Shown here piece after piece: positions 8,931-18,943 of a stretch of DNA of 64,000 nt. The DNA is from an uncultured Bacilli bacterium (GTDB lineage: Bacteria; Bacillota_I; Bacilli_A; RF39; UBA660). The notes beneath the pieces were generated by a model, which ran no database searches, was not told the origin of the DNA, and saw only the letters and a list, made by a program, of their open reading frames with translations. Where the stretch lies: positions 9,885-73,884 of the forward strand of contig CANQST010000002.1 of the NCBI GenBank assembly GCA_947626595.1, read 5' to 3'. Each line of letters opens with the position of its first letter. Position 1 is the stretch's first letter. The position numbers were made by a program, and so were the translations under genes.

Positions 8931-10547
8931 ATGGGTAAGACTTATATATTTGGACATAAAAAGCCTGATACTGACTCTGTATTATCCGCTATTTCTCTTT
9001 CATATTTAAAGAATGAATTAGGGGAAGAAACTGAAGCTAGAATACTAGGAGATATTAATAAAGAGACAGCTTTTGCACTAAATTATTTTAATCTTGATAC
9101 ACCTAGATATTTAAATGATGTTAAATTACAGTTAAAAGATATTTCATATCATAAAGGTTTTTTTATTAAAGATACAGCTTCTATTTATGAAGGTTATCAG
9201 TTAATGCTTAAAGAGGGTTTAACAGGACTTCCTGTTGTAGATAAAGATAATATTTTTACTGGGTTAATTACAATTAAAGATTTATCACATACTATTATTA
9301 ATGAAAATATAGAAGACTTATGTACTTCATATGATAATTTAATGCTTGTTTTAAAGGGAGAAGAAGTATTAAGATTTGATAATGATATAATTGGTAAATT
9401 ACTAGTCGCAGCTTATCGTAGTACTACTTTTATTGAAAATATTGCTTTAGATAAAGATATGATACTGATAGTAGGAGATAGGCATAGTGTTATTGAATAT
9501 GCTGTTCAAAGAGGAGTTAAATTAATTATTTTATCAGGAGATGCTGATATAAAAGAAAGGCATATTGAAATAGCTCGTAAAAATAAAGTTAATATAATAA
9601 GAACACCTTATGATACATATCATGTTACTAGATTAGTTTGTTTAACTAATTATATAAAGACAATGCTTAGAAGTTTTAATCCAATAAAATTTGAAAATAC
9701 AGAATTTGTTGATACAGTTGTTGATATAAATAATAAACTAAAACATACTAATTATCCTATTGTTGATAAGAAAAATAAATGTTTAGGCTTATTAAAAATA
9801 ACAGATCTTTCCGAGAAAAGTCCTAAGAAAGTTATCTTGGTTGATCATAATGAAAAGGCTCAAAGTGTTGAGGGAATTGAAGAAGCAGAAATATTAGAGA
9901 TAATAGACCATCATAATTTAGGTAGTATTACAACTAATAATCCTATTAATTTTAGAAATATGGCAGTTGGCTCTACTTGTACGATTGTTTATACAATGTT
10001 TATGGAAAGAAGTGTTACTATTCCTTATAAGATAGCAGGAGCTTTAATTTCAGGAATAATTTCTGATACTTTGATTTTAAAAAGTCCAACTACAACAAAA
10101 AAGGATATTGAAGCAGTGGAATATCTAAGTAATATTATTAATTTTAATTATAAAGATTATGGAATGGAACTTTTAAAAGCTGGTACTTCTTTAGAGGGTA
10201 TGAGTAAAGAAGATGTTTTATATAATGACTATAAGCTTTATACTGTTAATAATAAGACTTTTGCGATAGGGCAATTCTTTACTATGAATTTTGCTGATAT
10301 AGAAGCTGAAATGGAAGAATATATTCATGTTTTAGACGAAGTAGCACTTGCGAATAATTATGTTTTAGTAGCTTTGTATGTTACAGATATTATTAAGAAT
10401 GGTAGTTATGTTTTATATAATAGAAAAGCTAAAGATATAATGGATGTTATCTATGAAATAGATTGTTATGAGGGATATTTCGTAGAGGGATGTTTATCTC
10501 GTAAAAAGCATATTGTACCTGAAGTAATGAGTATATTAGAAAGTTAG
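8931..10547 (+). CDS. ppaC: CBS-domain-containing family II (DHH/DHHA2) inorganic pyrophosphatase
   Basis: N-terminus YIFGHKKPDTDS (DHH motif I), DHNE, tandem CBS pair, C-terminal DHHA2. RBS AAGAAAGAAGGA precedes ATG 8931. Confidence 0.7.
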   Translation: MGKTYIFGHKKPDTDSVLSAISLSYLKNELGEETEARILGDINKETAFALNYFNLDTPRYLNDVKLQLKDISYHKGFFIKDTASIYEGYQLMLKEGLTGLPVVDKDNIFTGLITIKDLSHTIINENIEDLCTSYDNLMLVLKGEEVLRFDNDIIGKLLVAAYRSTTFIENIALDKDMILIVGDRHSVIEYAVQRGVKLIILSGDADIKERHIEIARKNKVNIIRTPYDTYHVTRLVCLTNYIKTMLRSFNPIKFENTEFVDTVVDINNKLKHTNYPIVDKKNKCLGLLKITDLSEKSPKKVILVDHNEKAQSVEGIEEAEILEIIDHHNLGSITTNNPINFRNMAVGSTCTIVYTMFMERSVTIPYKIAGALISGIISDTLILKSPTTTKKDIEAVEYLSNIINFNYKDYGMELLKAGTSLEGMSKEDVLYNDYKLYTVNNKTFAIGQFFTMNFADIEAEMEEYIHVLDEVALANNYVLVALYVTDIIKNGSYVLYNRKAKDIMDVIYEIDCYEGYFVEGCLSRKKHIVPEVMSILES

Positions 10548-10555
10548 GTGTTAAA

Positions 10556-11422
10556 ATGAAAGATACAATTTTTTTGGTTATAAAAGGCTTTATCATGGGA
10601 ATTGCTAATATTATTCCAGGAGTAAGTGGTGGTACTTTGGCTTTAACACTCGGTATTTATGAAAAGTTTATTGAAGCGATAAGTCATTTCTTTAAAAAAT
10701 TAAAAGAAAATATAAAATTTTTAATACCAGTATTTATTGGTATGGGATTATCTATTCTTACTATGAGTAGTGTTATAGATAGCAGTTTTAAACATTTTCC
10801 AGTACCAACAACTTTGTTTTTTATGGGATTAGTTATAGGAGGGGTACCTCTTTTATATAGGAAAGTTTCTAAGAGTAAAGAAAAAAAGCAAGTATCTAGT
10901 TATATAATAATGTTAATTACTTTTTTGATAGTTATTTCGATGGCAATTATTCCTATTATCTTTGATAATGTGGGAGATGCTAATTTTAGTAATTTAAGTA
11001 TATCTGGATATGTAATATTATTTTTGGTAGGTGTCATAGCGGCGGCAACGATGGTTATACCGGGTGTTAGTGGTTCTTTAGTTTTGATGCTTTTAGGTTA
11101 TTATTTTCCAGTAGTTTCAACGATTAAGAATTTAACACATTTTAAAAATGTCTTTTCTAATTTGGTTATTTTAGGAGTATTTGGATTAGGTATTTTGCTT
11201 GGCATTGTTGTTATTGCGAAGGTAATAGAGTTCTTGCTTAAGAAGTATGAAGCTAAAACTTACTTTGGAGTACTTGGGTTTATCCTCGCAAGTATTATTG
11301 CGATACCAATATCTGTTTATAATGAAGTAGGTAGTTTAAGTATTACTGTACTAGAGATACCTGTTAGTGTGATTTTACTATTATTAGGAATAATAATTGG
11401 TTATAAGTTAGGAGATGTTTAA
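10556..11422 (+). CDS. DUF368 family membrane protein (candidate undecaprenyl-phosphate translocase)
   Basis: Polytopic membrane protein with internally duplicated PGVSGGTLAL / PGVSGSLVLML motifs, which are diagnostic of DUF368. Confidence 0.6.
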   Translation: MKDTIFLVIKGFIMGIANIIPGVSGGTLALTLGIYEKFIEAISHFFKKLKENIKFLIPVFIGMGLSILTMSSVIDSSFKHFPVPTTLFFMGLVIGGVPLLYRKVSKSKEKKQVSSYIIMLITFLIVISMAIIPIIFDNVGDANFSNLSISGYVILFLVGVIAAATMVIPGVSGSLVLMLLGYYFPVVSTIKNLTHFKNVFSNLVILGVFGLGILLGIVVIAKVIEFLLKKYEAKTYFGVLGFILASIIAIPISVYNEVGSLSITVLEIPVSVILLLLGIIIGYKLGDV

Positions 11423-11424
11423 TT

Positions 11425-12243
11425 ATGAAATTTTTATCAATATTTATTTTATCATTAATTCAAGGAATTGCTGAATTTTTACCTATTTCTTCTTCAGCAC
11501 ATTTAATTATTTTTAGAGACCTTTTTGGTATTGGAAAAGGAATGAGTGCCAATATGGAACTTACTTTTGATATAGCACTTCATTTAGGAACTTTACTAGC
11601 AATAGGAGTATTTTTCTTCAAGGACTTTATTAATATGATTGCGAAGGGATTTACTAAGGGAGTTAAGGATAAAGATGGAAAAATTCTTTGGTATTTAGTT
11701 GCGGCTACTATTCCAGCGGCAATAGTAGGAGTATTATTTGAAGACCCTATTGAAAATATTGTTAGAAAGAATTACTTAGTTATTGCTTTAGCACTTCTTA
11801 TTATGGGTGTTATTATCTATTTAGCTGATAAGTATGGTAAAAATAAGAAAGAAATAAAAGATATTTCTTTAAAGGATGCTATTTTAATAGGATGTAGTCA
11901 AGTGTTTGCTTTAATACCTGGATTTTCTAGGAGTGGTACAACTATTGCGACAGGAAGAATTCTTGGTATTGAAAGAGAAAACGCGGCAAAATTTTCTTTC
12001 TATTTAAGTGCTCCTGTTGTTTGTGGGGCAGTTATTTTAAAACTTCTTGATAAAGAAACATGGGCTATTATATTAGGGGCACCTTTTACTTTCTTACTTG
12101 GTATTTTCTTATCATTTGTAGTTGGATTAATTTGTATTAAGTGTTTATTAAAATACTTAGATAATCATAACTTTAAGATATTTATGATATATCGTGTAAT
12201 ACTTGCCTTAGTTGTAATTGGTTATCTATTAATAGGAGCTTAG
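11425..12243 (+). CDS. uppP: undecaprenyl-diphosphate phosphatase
   Basis: LPISSSAHLII and SRSGTTI motifs of BacA/UppP. 272-aa polytopic protein. Confidence 0.8.
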   Translation: MKFLSIFILSLIQGIAEFLPISSSAHLIIFRDLFGIGKGMSANMELTFDIALHLGTLLAIGVFFFKDFINMIAKGFTKGVKDKDGKILWYLVAATIPAAIVGVLFEDPIENIVRKNYLVIALALLIMGVIIYLADKYGKNKKEIKDISLKDAILIGCSQVFALIPGFSRSGTTIATGRILGIERENAAKFSFYLSAPVVCGAVILKLLDKETWAIILGAPFTFLLGIFLSFVVGLICIKCLLKYLDNHNFKIFMIYRVILALVVIGYLLIGA

Positions 12244-12244
12244 T

Positions 12245-12997
12245 ATGCAGAAGGTTCAGTTAGGTTTAATTACGACATTATTATTAGGAGTATTTATTGT
12301 AATAGGGGCATTAATTGCCTTTTTAGTAAAGAAGAAACAAAAGGTAGTTGATTTTTCAATAGGACTAGCTTTTGGAGTAATAGTTTTTCTAATTATTATG
12401 GATTTATTACCTGAGATAATAGAGAATTTATCTATTCGTTATCTTCATATATTTATAATTTGTACAGTTTTAGGGTACTTTATTTTGAAACTTTTAGATA
12501 ATTTTATACCAGACCATGAGGAAGATAATATGACTAAAAAAGAGCTTAAAAATAATTTAGCTCATATTGGAATAGTTACTTCTTTGGCAATTGTTTTGCA
12601 TAATATTATAGAAGGTATGGCAATATATTCTAGTATTTTATCTAATACTTCATTAGGTATGGCAGTAACTCTTGGAGTAGGATGTCATAATATTCCATTA
12701 GGTATTGTTATTGCGGGAAGTTTTTATCAAAGTAATCAAAATATGAGTAAGACAATCCTTTCTATTTTATTAGTTTCTCTTTCTACTTTTGTAGGAGGAA
12801 TAATTATGTTTTTCCTAAATATTAATACTATTAATTCATTGGTTTTAGGAATATTACTTTCTATTACTTTAGGTATGTTGCTTTTCTTGGTTATATCAGA
12901 ATTATTCCCTAGAATTAGACAAACTAAAGATAAGAAGACTTCTTTTATAGGGGTAGTAATTGGTGTTATATTAATACTTTTAGCTAGTTTATTTTAA
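12245..12997 (+). CDS. ZIP-family divalent metal transporter
   Basis: HNIIEGMAIY....GCHNIPLGI are ZupT-like metal-binding helices. Confidence 0.55.
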   Translation: MQKVQLGLITTLLLGVFIVIGALIAFLVKKKQKVVDFSIGLAFGVIVFLIIMDLLPEIIENLSIRYLHIFIICTVLGYFILKLLDNFIPDHEEDNMTKKELKNNLAHIGIVTSLAIVLHNIIEGMAIYSSILSNTSLGMAVTLGVGCHNIPLGIVIAGSFYQSNQNMSKTILSILLVSLSTFVGGIIMFFLNINTINSLVLGILLSITLGMLLFLVISELFPRIRQTKDKKTSFIGVVIGVILILLASLF

Positions 12998-13018
12998 ATT
13001 ATTATAAAGGGTGATTTA

Positions 13019-13810
13019 ATGTATAATTTAAGTTATTTGTTTTTACAATTTATGTTTTTTTCTATAGTTGGTTATTTAGCTGAAGTAATTTATGTAAGTA
13101 TAATAAATAAAAAGATAAATTTTTCAAGAGGCTTTTTAATTGGACCTTACTTACCTATATATGGAGTATCTTCTGTTTTAATGATTATTTTTCTTTCTAG
13201 ATATAAAAATGATTTATTTGCTTTATTTGTAATGAGTGCTTTTGTATGTAGTTTATTAGAGTATTTAACCAGTTTAGTACTGGAGAAGATATTTAAACTT
13301 AGATGGTGGGATTATTCAGATAAGAAATTTAATATAGAAGGAAGAATATGTTTACGTAATTCACTTTTATTTGGAATAGGTGGAGTATTGGTAGTAAAAA
13401 TAGTTAATCCTTTTTTAGTAAAATATTTAAATATGTTAAGTGTTTTTGCCTTAGAGGTGTTGGCGTTAGTTCTTTTAATTGCCTTTGTTGTTGATTTGAC
13501 TTTATCAGTGTTTATTCTAGTAAGATTAGAAATAAATGTTAATAAGTTTAATAGAATGGATGCGACTAAAGAGATAAAGAAAGAAGTAAAACAGTCTTTA
13601 GAAAAGTATACAGCTTTAACTATTAGATTACTTAACTCTTTCCCAAGTTTGAAGTATCCTAATGTTAAGAATTTTGAAAATTTTAAGGCTTCTCTTCTTA
13701 AGACTAAAGAGGAGTTAAAGAAGTTAAAACAAAAAGTAGATAGGAAAATTGATGATGAGGTAAAAGCGGTTGAAGATAAGATTAAAGAAGTAGAAAGGGA
13801 AAAGCAATGA
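13019..13810 (+). CDS. membrane protein (ABC_trans_CmpB/DUF1113-like) with a charged coiled-coil tail
   Basis: Four TM helices and a WWDYS motif. Lys/Glu-rich C-terminus. Confidence 0.4.
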   Translation: MYNLSYLFLQFMFFSIVGYLAEVIYVSIINKKINFSRGFLIGPYLPIYGVSSVLMIIFLSRYKNDLFALFVMSAFVCSLLEYLTSLVLEKIFKLRWWDYSDKKFNIEGRICLRNSLLFGIGGVLVVKIVNPFLVKYLNMLSVFALEVLALVLLIAFVVDLTLSVFILVRLEINVNKFNRMDATKEIKKEVKQSLEKYTALTIRLLNSFPSLKYPNVKNFENFKASLLKTKEELKKLKQKVDRKIDDEVKAVEDKIKEVEREKQ

Positions 13811-15177
13811 AAATAAAAGAAAATATTAATAAGTTTATTTTTAGGGGGTATGATATAAGAGGTAAGGTGCCTGAAGAGTTAGACGAAGATACGGCTTATA
13901 CTATTGGTCTTGGATTTGGTTCTTATATAAAAAGATTAAATAAAAAAGTATGTATAGTGGGACATGATAATAGAGTAAGTAGTCCTATGCTTTATAATGC
14001 TTTAGTTAAAGGAATAATTGAGACGGGGATTGATGTTTATTCTTTAGGACTTTGTACAACACCAATGTATTATTATGCTTGTATAAAGTTAAATATTTTT
14101 AGTGGAGTAATGGTTACAGCCTCACATAATCCTAAAGATGATAATGGTTTTAAATTTGCTTTTAATGAAAGTGGTAATTGTAAAGGAAAAGAAATTACTG
14201 ATTTTTTAGATTTTATTTTAAAAGGAGATTTTGAAAAGGGACAAGGTTTCATTGAAGAAGTTGATATAAAGGAAGATTATTTTAATTTATTTAGAAATAA
14301 TTTCTCTTTTGGTAAGAGATTAAAAGTAGTAATAGACCCAGGTAACGGAACGACTAGTATTATTGCGAAAGATTTATATAGTATGTTTCCAATAGATTTG
14401 ATTAGTATTAATGATGTTAGTGATGGAACTTTTCCTAATCACCATCCTGATCCTTGTGTTGAAGAAAACTTGGAGCAATTAAAAAAGAAAGTTTTAGAAG
14501 AGAAGGCTGATATTGGTTTGGCTTTTGATGGTGATGGTGATAGATGTGGAGTTGTTTCTAATAAGGGGAAGTTTATTCCTACTGATAAAGTAATGATAAT
14601 TATTATTAGAGATATTATTAATAAGGTTGAGAGAAAAGAATTTTTATATGATGTAAAGTGTTCTAAAAGTTTAAGTGATGAAATAGAAAAATTAGGTGGT
14701 AAAGGTGTTTGTTACAGGACAGGAAATTCTTATACTAAAGCTAAGGTAAGGGATGCTGATTTACCTTTTGGAGGAGAACTTTCTGGACATGTTTATTTTA
14801 GAGATAAGTGGCCTGGATTTGATAGTGGACTTTATGCTGGGCTTAGAATTTTAGAGATATTATCTAATACTGATAAGAGTTTAGAGGAGTTATTAGATGG
14901 AATAAATGAGTATTATTCAACAGACGAGATAAAAATAGAAAGTCCTGATAGTAAGAAGTTCCAAGTAATAGAAAAAGTAAAGGAATATGCTTTAAGCAAA
15001 AATTATAAATTACTGGATATTGATGGAGTTAAGGTGTTGTTTGAAGATGGCTGGGCTTTAGTTAGAGCAAGTAATACAGGACCAAATATAACGGTAAGAT
15101 TTGAAGCTAGGACGAAAGAAAGATTGAAAGAAATACAGGAAGAATTTAGTAATATAGTTAATCAATATAATGCTTGA
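13807..15177 (+). CDS. phosphomannomutase/phosphoglucomutase-family phosphohexomutase
   Basis: GVMVTASHNPKDDNGFK active-site loop (TASHNP type, not the SASHNP of GlmM). GDGDR metal loop. 456 aa. Confidence 0.8.
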   Translation: MKIKENINKFIFRGYDIRGKVPEELDEDTAYTIGLGFGSYIKRLNKKVCIVGHDNRVSSPMLYNALVKGIIETGIDVYSLGLCTTPMYYYACIKLNIFSGVMVTASHNPKDDNGFKFAFNESGNCKGKEITDFLDFILKGDFEKGQGFIEEVDIKEDYFNLFRNNFSFGKRLKVVIDPGNGTTSIIAKDLYSMFPIDLISINDVSDGTFPNHHPDPCVEENLEQLKKKVLEEKADIGLAFDGDGDRCGVVSNKGKFIPTDKVMIIIIRDIINKVERKEFLYDVKCSKSLSDEIEKLGGKGVCYRTGNSYTKAKVRDADLPFGGELSGHVYFRDKWPGFDSGLYAGLRILEILSNTDKSLEELLDGINEYYSTDEIKIESPDSKKFQVIEKVKEYALSKNYKLLDIDGVKVLFEDGWALVRASNTGPNITVRFEARTKERLKEIQEEFSNIVNQYNA

Positions 15178-15226
15178 CTTTAGGGTTTCTACTCTTTATA
15201 ATAAAAGGCTAGAAAAGAGGGAAATT

Positions 15227-15937
15227 ATGTATTGTTTAAGAGATGTCATTTTTGGCTTAAGAAATGAATATTTAGAAAATGAAAAGAGGTTACAAGCATT
15301 AAAAAAATTTTTAGTAGTAGATAGGAGCAAGGTAAAAGATTTTGATGTTAGAACTGTTTTGAATGAAGATGTTATAAGAGTAATTGTCGCTATTGAAGAA
15401 AAACAGAGTTTTATTAGAAGATTTTTAAAGGAGCAAGATACTTCTTTAGAAGTAAGGAAGGGTGCCGATAATAGATATGGTATTCAACCTAATAAGTATT
15501 TACTACAAGTGATTGAGGCTTATCAGAGAGTGTTTGATAGGAAGGTTAGGGAAATAAAGAGTAGTGATACAGTTTATAATATCGGATTGTATAGGAAAGC
15601 TTATTTAGAAAATTCTCTTTCTAAGAGTTTAGAGATTAATCCTAACTTTACTTCTTTTACAGTAATGGATGATAGTACTTATACTACTTGTATGTACTTG
15701 CCAAAGGAAGATAGTATTTCTTTAAAGACTAATCGTGGGGTTATTGATAAGGATTTTTGTTTAGAGTTTTTGGATGAGAAAATTTCTGAGGAGGAAATAC
15801 CTTTATATAATAGGATTATAATTGATAAGTGTGAGAAGAAAGATGTATGTGTTCATATGGATGGTGTTAAGGAGAAGGTAAAACTTTTAGTAAGAGAAGA
15901 CGATGAGGGGTATTATTTAAGAAAGAAGAGAAAATAG
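15227..15937 (+). CDS. hypothetical protein
   Basis: 236-aa ORF. RBS AGAGGGAAAT precedes ATG 15227. Translationally coupled to the next gene. Confidence 0.5.
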   Translation: MYCLRDVIFGLRNEYLENEKRLQALKKFLVVDRSKVKDFDVRTVLNEDVIRVIVAIEEKQSFIRRFLKEQDTSLEVRKGADNRYGIQPNKYLLQVIEAYQRVFDRKVREIKSSDTVYNIGLYRKAYLENSLSKSLEINPNFTSFTVMDDSTYTTCMYLPKEDSISLKTNRGVIDKDFCLEFLDEKISEEEIPLYNRIIIDKCEKKDVCVHMDGVKEKVKLLVREDDEGYYLRKKRK

Positions 15938-15938
15938 T

Positions 15939-16382
15939 ATGGATAAGTTGTCAATAAGTTATAGTGTAGGAAAAGATAAGCCCCATTTAGCGAAATATGC
16001 GAATTGTGATGTAGGAAAGCTAAGTGATTTAAAGATACCTAATGAAGTTAAGGTGGCTTATCTATCGGTTACGCATTATAATGGGCATACTATTAGGAAT
16101 ATTGATACTTATATTTATATAGTTGGTAAAGTAGAGGATTGTCGTAATGTTTTAGGAGATAAGGGTAATTATAGATTGCTGAATACTAAGGAGTTTATCG
16201 ATATCTGTTTAGAAAATAATGGCAAAATGGTAGTCTGTGATGGAGAAGATAGTAAGAACGATGTCTTTCCTATGACAGAGTTTACTAGATGCTTTTCAAC
16301 TAGTGAGGAATTAAGTAATGGAGTAGTAGAATTTACTAAGAAGTTTTTAGAAGATAAGGGAAAGGTATATTTAAAGAGTTAA
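15939..16382 (+). CDS. hypothetical protein
   Basis: 147-aa ORF. Its start lies 2 nt after the preceding stop. Confidence 0.5.
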   Translation: MDKLSISYSVGKDKPHLAKYANCDVGKLSDLKIPNEVKVAYLSVTHYNGHTIRNIDTYIYIVGKVEDCRNVLGDKGNYRLLNTKEFIDICLENNGKMVVCDGEDSKNDVFPMTEFTRCFSTSEELSNGVVEFTKKFLEDKGKVYLKS

Positions 16383-18115
16383 ATGCTTTTCCTTTTTTTA
16401 TAATCTCTGTAGAATTCTCTGCAGGAATGTAGGTGATTGATGTATCTTTATTTTCAGCAACAGATACCATTTTCCCCAAGTGGGGAAAATGGTCTAATAC
16501 GTTGATATTACTACAAATGACAAGAATGCTTTTGACTTTATATCTTTATAAATTAAGGATTTTATTTAAAAATTTTTTAGTTGTTTTATAGATTTGTTTT
16601 ATGATCTCTGCAGAGATATTGTAGAGTTTTGTGCAGTATTTATGAGCATTTGATACAGCCTATCAAATACCATTTTCCCCACTTGGGGAAAATGGTCTAA
16701 TACGTTGGTATTATTACAAATGATAAGAGTGTTTTTGACTTTATGACTTTATAAATTAAGGATTTTATTTAGAAATTTTTTAGTTGTTTTATCAATCTGT
16801 TTTATAATCTCTGCAGAGATGCTGCAGAGTTTTGTGCAGGAATGTAAGCAGTTGATGTATCTTTATTTTCAGCACCAAATACCATTTTTCCGACGTCGGA
16901 AAAATGGTCTAATACGTTGATATTACTACAAATAATAAGAATGCTTTTAACTTTATATCTTTATAAATTAAGAACTATATTTAAGTCCTTTTACTGATTT
17001 AATTTATAGTCTCTGCAGAATTTTCTACAGAAAAATGGAAAACTCTGCAGAGATATTGTAGAGTTTTGAACAGTATTTATGAGCATTTGATGCAGCCTAT
17101 CAAATACCATTTTTCCCAAGTGGGAAAAATGGTCTAATACGTTGATATTACTACAAATTCAGAAATATTCTTGACTTTATATTTTTATGAATTATAAAGC
17201 CTTATTTAAGTTCTTTTATCAATTTGATTTATAGTCTCTACAGAATTCTCTGCAGAGATGCTGCAGAATTTTGTGCAGGAATGTAGGTATTTGATGTATT
17301 TTTATTTTTAGCAACAGATACCATTTTGCCGACGTCGGAAAAATGGTCTAATGCGTTGATATTACTACAAATTCAGAAATATTCTTGATTTTATATTTTT
17401 ATAAATTATAAAGCCTTATTTAAGTTTTTTTATCAATTTTATTTATAATTTCTGCAGAATTCTCTGCAAAGATGCTGCAGAATTTTGTGCAGGAATGTAG
17501 GTATTTGATGTATCTTTATTTTTAGAAGCAAATACCATTTTCCCCACTTGGGGAAAATGGTCTAATATGTTGATATTACTAAAAATAATAAGAATGCTTT
17601 TTACTTTATATCTTTATGAATTAAGAACCATATTTAAGGTCTTTTACTACTTTAATTTATAGTTTCTGCAGAAGAACTGTTAAACTCTGTAGAGATACTG
17701 CAAAGTTTTGTGCGGTAATATAAGTATTTGATGTATCTTTATTTTTAGAAGTAAATACCATTTTTCCGACGTCGGAAAAATGGTCTAATACATTGATATT
17801 ACTACAAATAATAAGAATGCTTTTGACTTTATATCTTTATAAATTAAGGATTTTTATTTATAAATTTTTTAATTGTTTTATAGAGTTGTTTTATGATTTT
17901 TGCATAATTCTCTGCAAAAAATGGAAAACTCTGCAGAGATACTGCAGAGCTTTGTGCAGTAATGTAGGTATTTGATGTATCTTTATTTTAGAAATAAATA
18001 CCATTTTTCCGACGTCGGCAAAATGGTCTAATACGTTGATATTACTATAAATTCAAGAATATTATTTGGTTTATACTTTTATAAATTATGAAAATTTCTT
18101 TAAGACTTTTTTAGT
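16383..18115. repeat. tandem array of 8 repeat units of roughly 203-233 bp, each containing a 26-bp perfect palindrome
   Basis: Palindromes start at 16466, 16669, 16881, 17106, 17320, 17534, 17767 and 18000. Every unit also contains TCTAATACGTTGATATTACTACAAAT, TTGACTTTATATCTTTATAAATTA-like and CTCTGCAGAG....CTGCAGAG segments. Confidence 0.9.
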
Positions 18116-18943
18116 TTAATTTTTAATCATAACATTTTTTTCTTTTTCTAATTCTTTAAGACTTTTTTTAGGTGTAGGTAAATTTTCAGGCATTGTTCCA
18201 CCATTTTTATTAATAACTTCTCTAATGTTTTTTCCGATATTGTAATGTGCCGCATTTGCTTTACTTTCTGTTTTAATATTTTCTCTTTTTAATTTTGACT
18301 CTGTTTGTGTAATTCGAAATAAATTTGCAGCTAGTTCTTCACTACCCATATTATCTAAAATATCTTCTCTATATCTTAGTTCTTTTCTTTTAGCAATATC
18401 GTCTGCTGTTTCGCCATTATATAAACCTTTATAACCGAAATTATGAAATTTATCAAAATTTTTAACACCTGAGTTTTTTGCTGTTTGATTTAATGAATAA
18501 TTACCTTTTTTAGTTAATTTTCTTTGATAAAGTCTCTTTTCATCTTCAGAAAGTTCACTATATTCTTTTTCGATTATTTCTTGTTTCCTAGTTTGTACTG
18601 CAAAATATGTTTGAGCTAAAGCAATGACTTGTTTTCTATTATCTCCATTTTGAGCAATTAAATAGCAAGCATATCTTGATAATTTGTAATCTTTTTGTTT
18701 TCTTTTGGAATTTGAACCTATAGATACTATTTTGTCAACGTCGATAAAATGGTCATCAATGTTATTATTGCTTAAATTACAAGTGTTTTTTGCTTTATCG
18801 ATAACACCTATAAAGTTTTTCCATTTTGAGTACTCAAGCGCTATCATTAACTCACGTGCAAGCCAGTATTCTTGATTATATTCATCAAGATGTTTGATAT
18901 TTTCAAAATTTGTTTTGCTGTATTCTTTTAGCGTATCTTCCAT
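18116..18943 (-). CDS. dinD: DNA-damage-inducible protein D homolog
   Basis: Strong recollected similarity to E. coli DinD along the whole length: EYWLAREL, LSRYACYLIAQNGD, QTYFAVQTRKQE, DEKRLYQRKL, HNFGYKGLYNGE, MGSEELAANLFRITQTESKLKRE, GGTMPENLPTP. RBS AAGGAG precedes ATG (complement of 18941-43), giving 275 aa against 274 aa for E. coli DinD. Confidence 0.85.
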   Translation of the reverse strand: MEDTLKEYSKTNFENIKHLDEYNQEYWLARELMIALEYSKWKNFIGVIDKAKNTCNLSNNNIDDHFIDVDKIVSIGSNSKRKQKDYKLSRYACYLIAQNGDNRKQVIALAQTYFAVQTRKQEIIEKEYSELSEDEKRLYQRKLTKKGNYSLNQTAKNSGVKNFDKFHNFGYKGLYNGETADDIAKRKELRYREDILDNMGSEELAANLFRITQTESKLKRENIKTESKANAAHYNIGKNIREVINKNGGTMPENLPTPKKSLKELEKEKNVMIKN

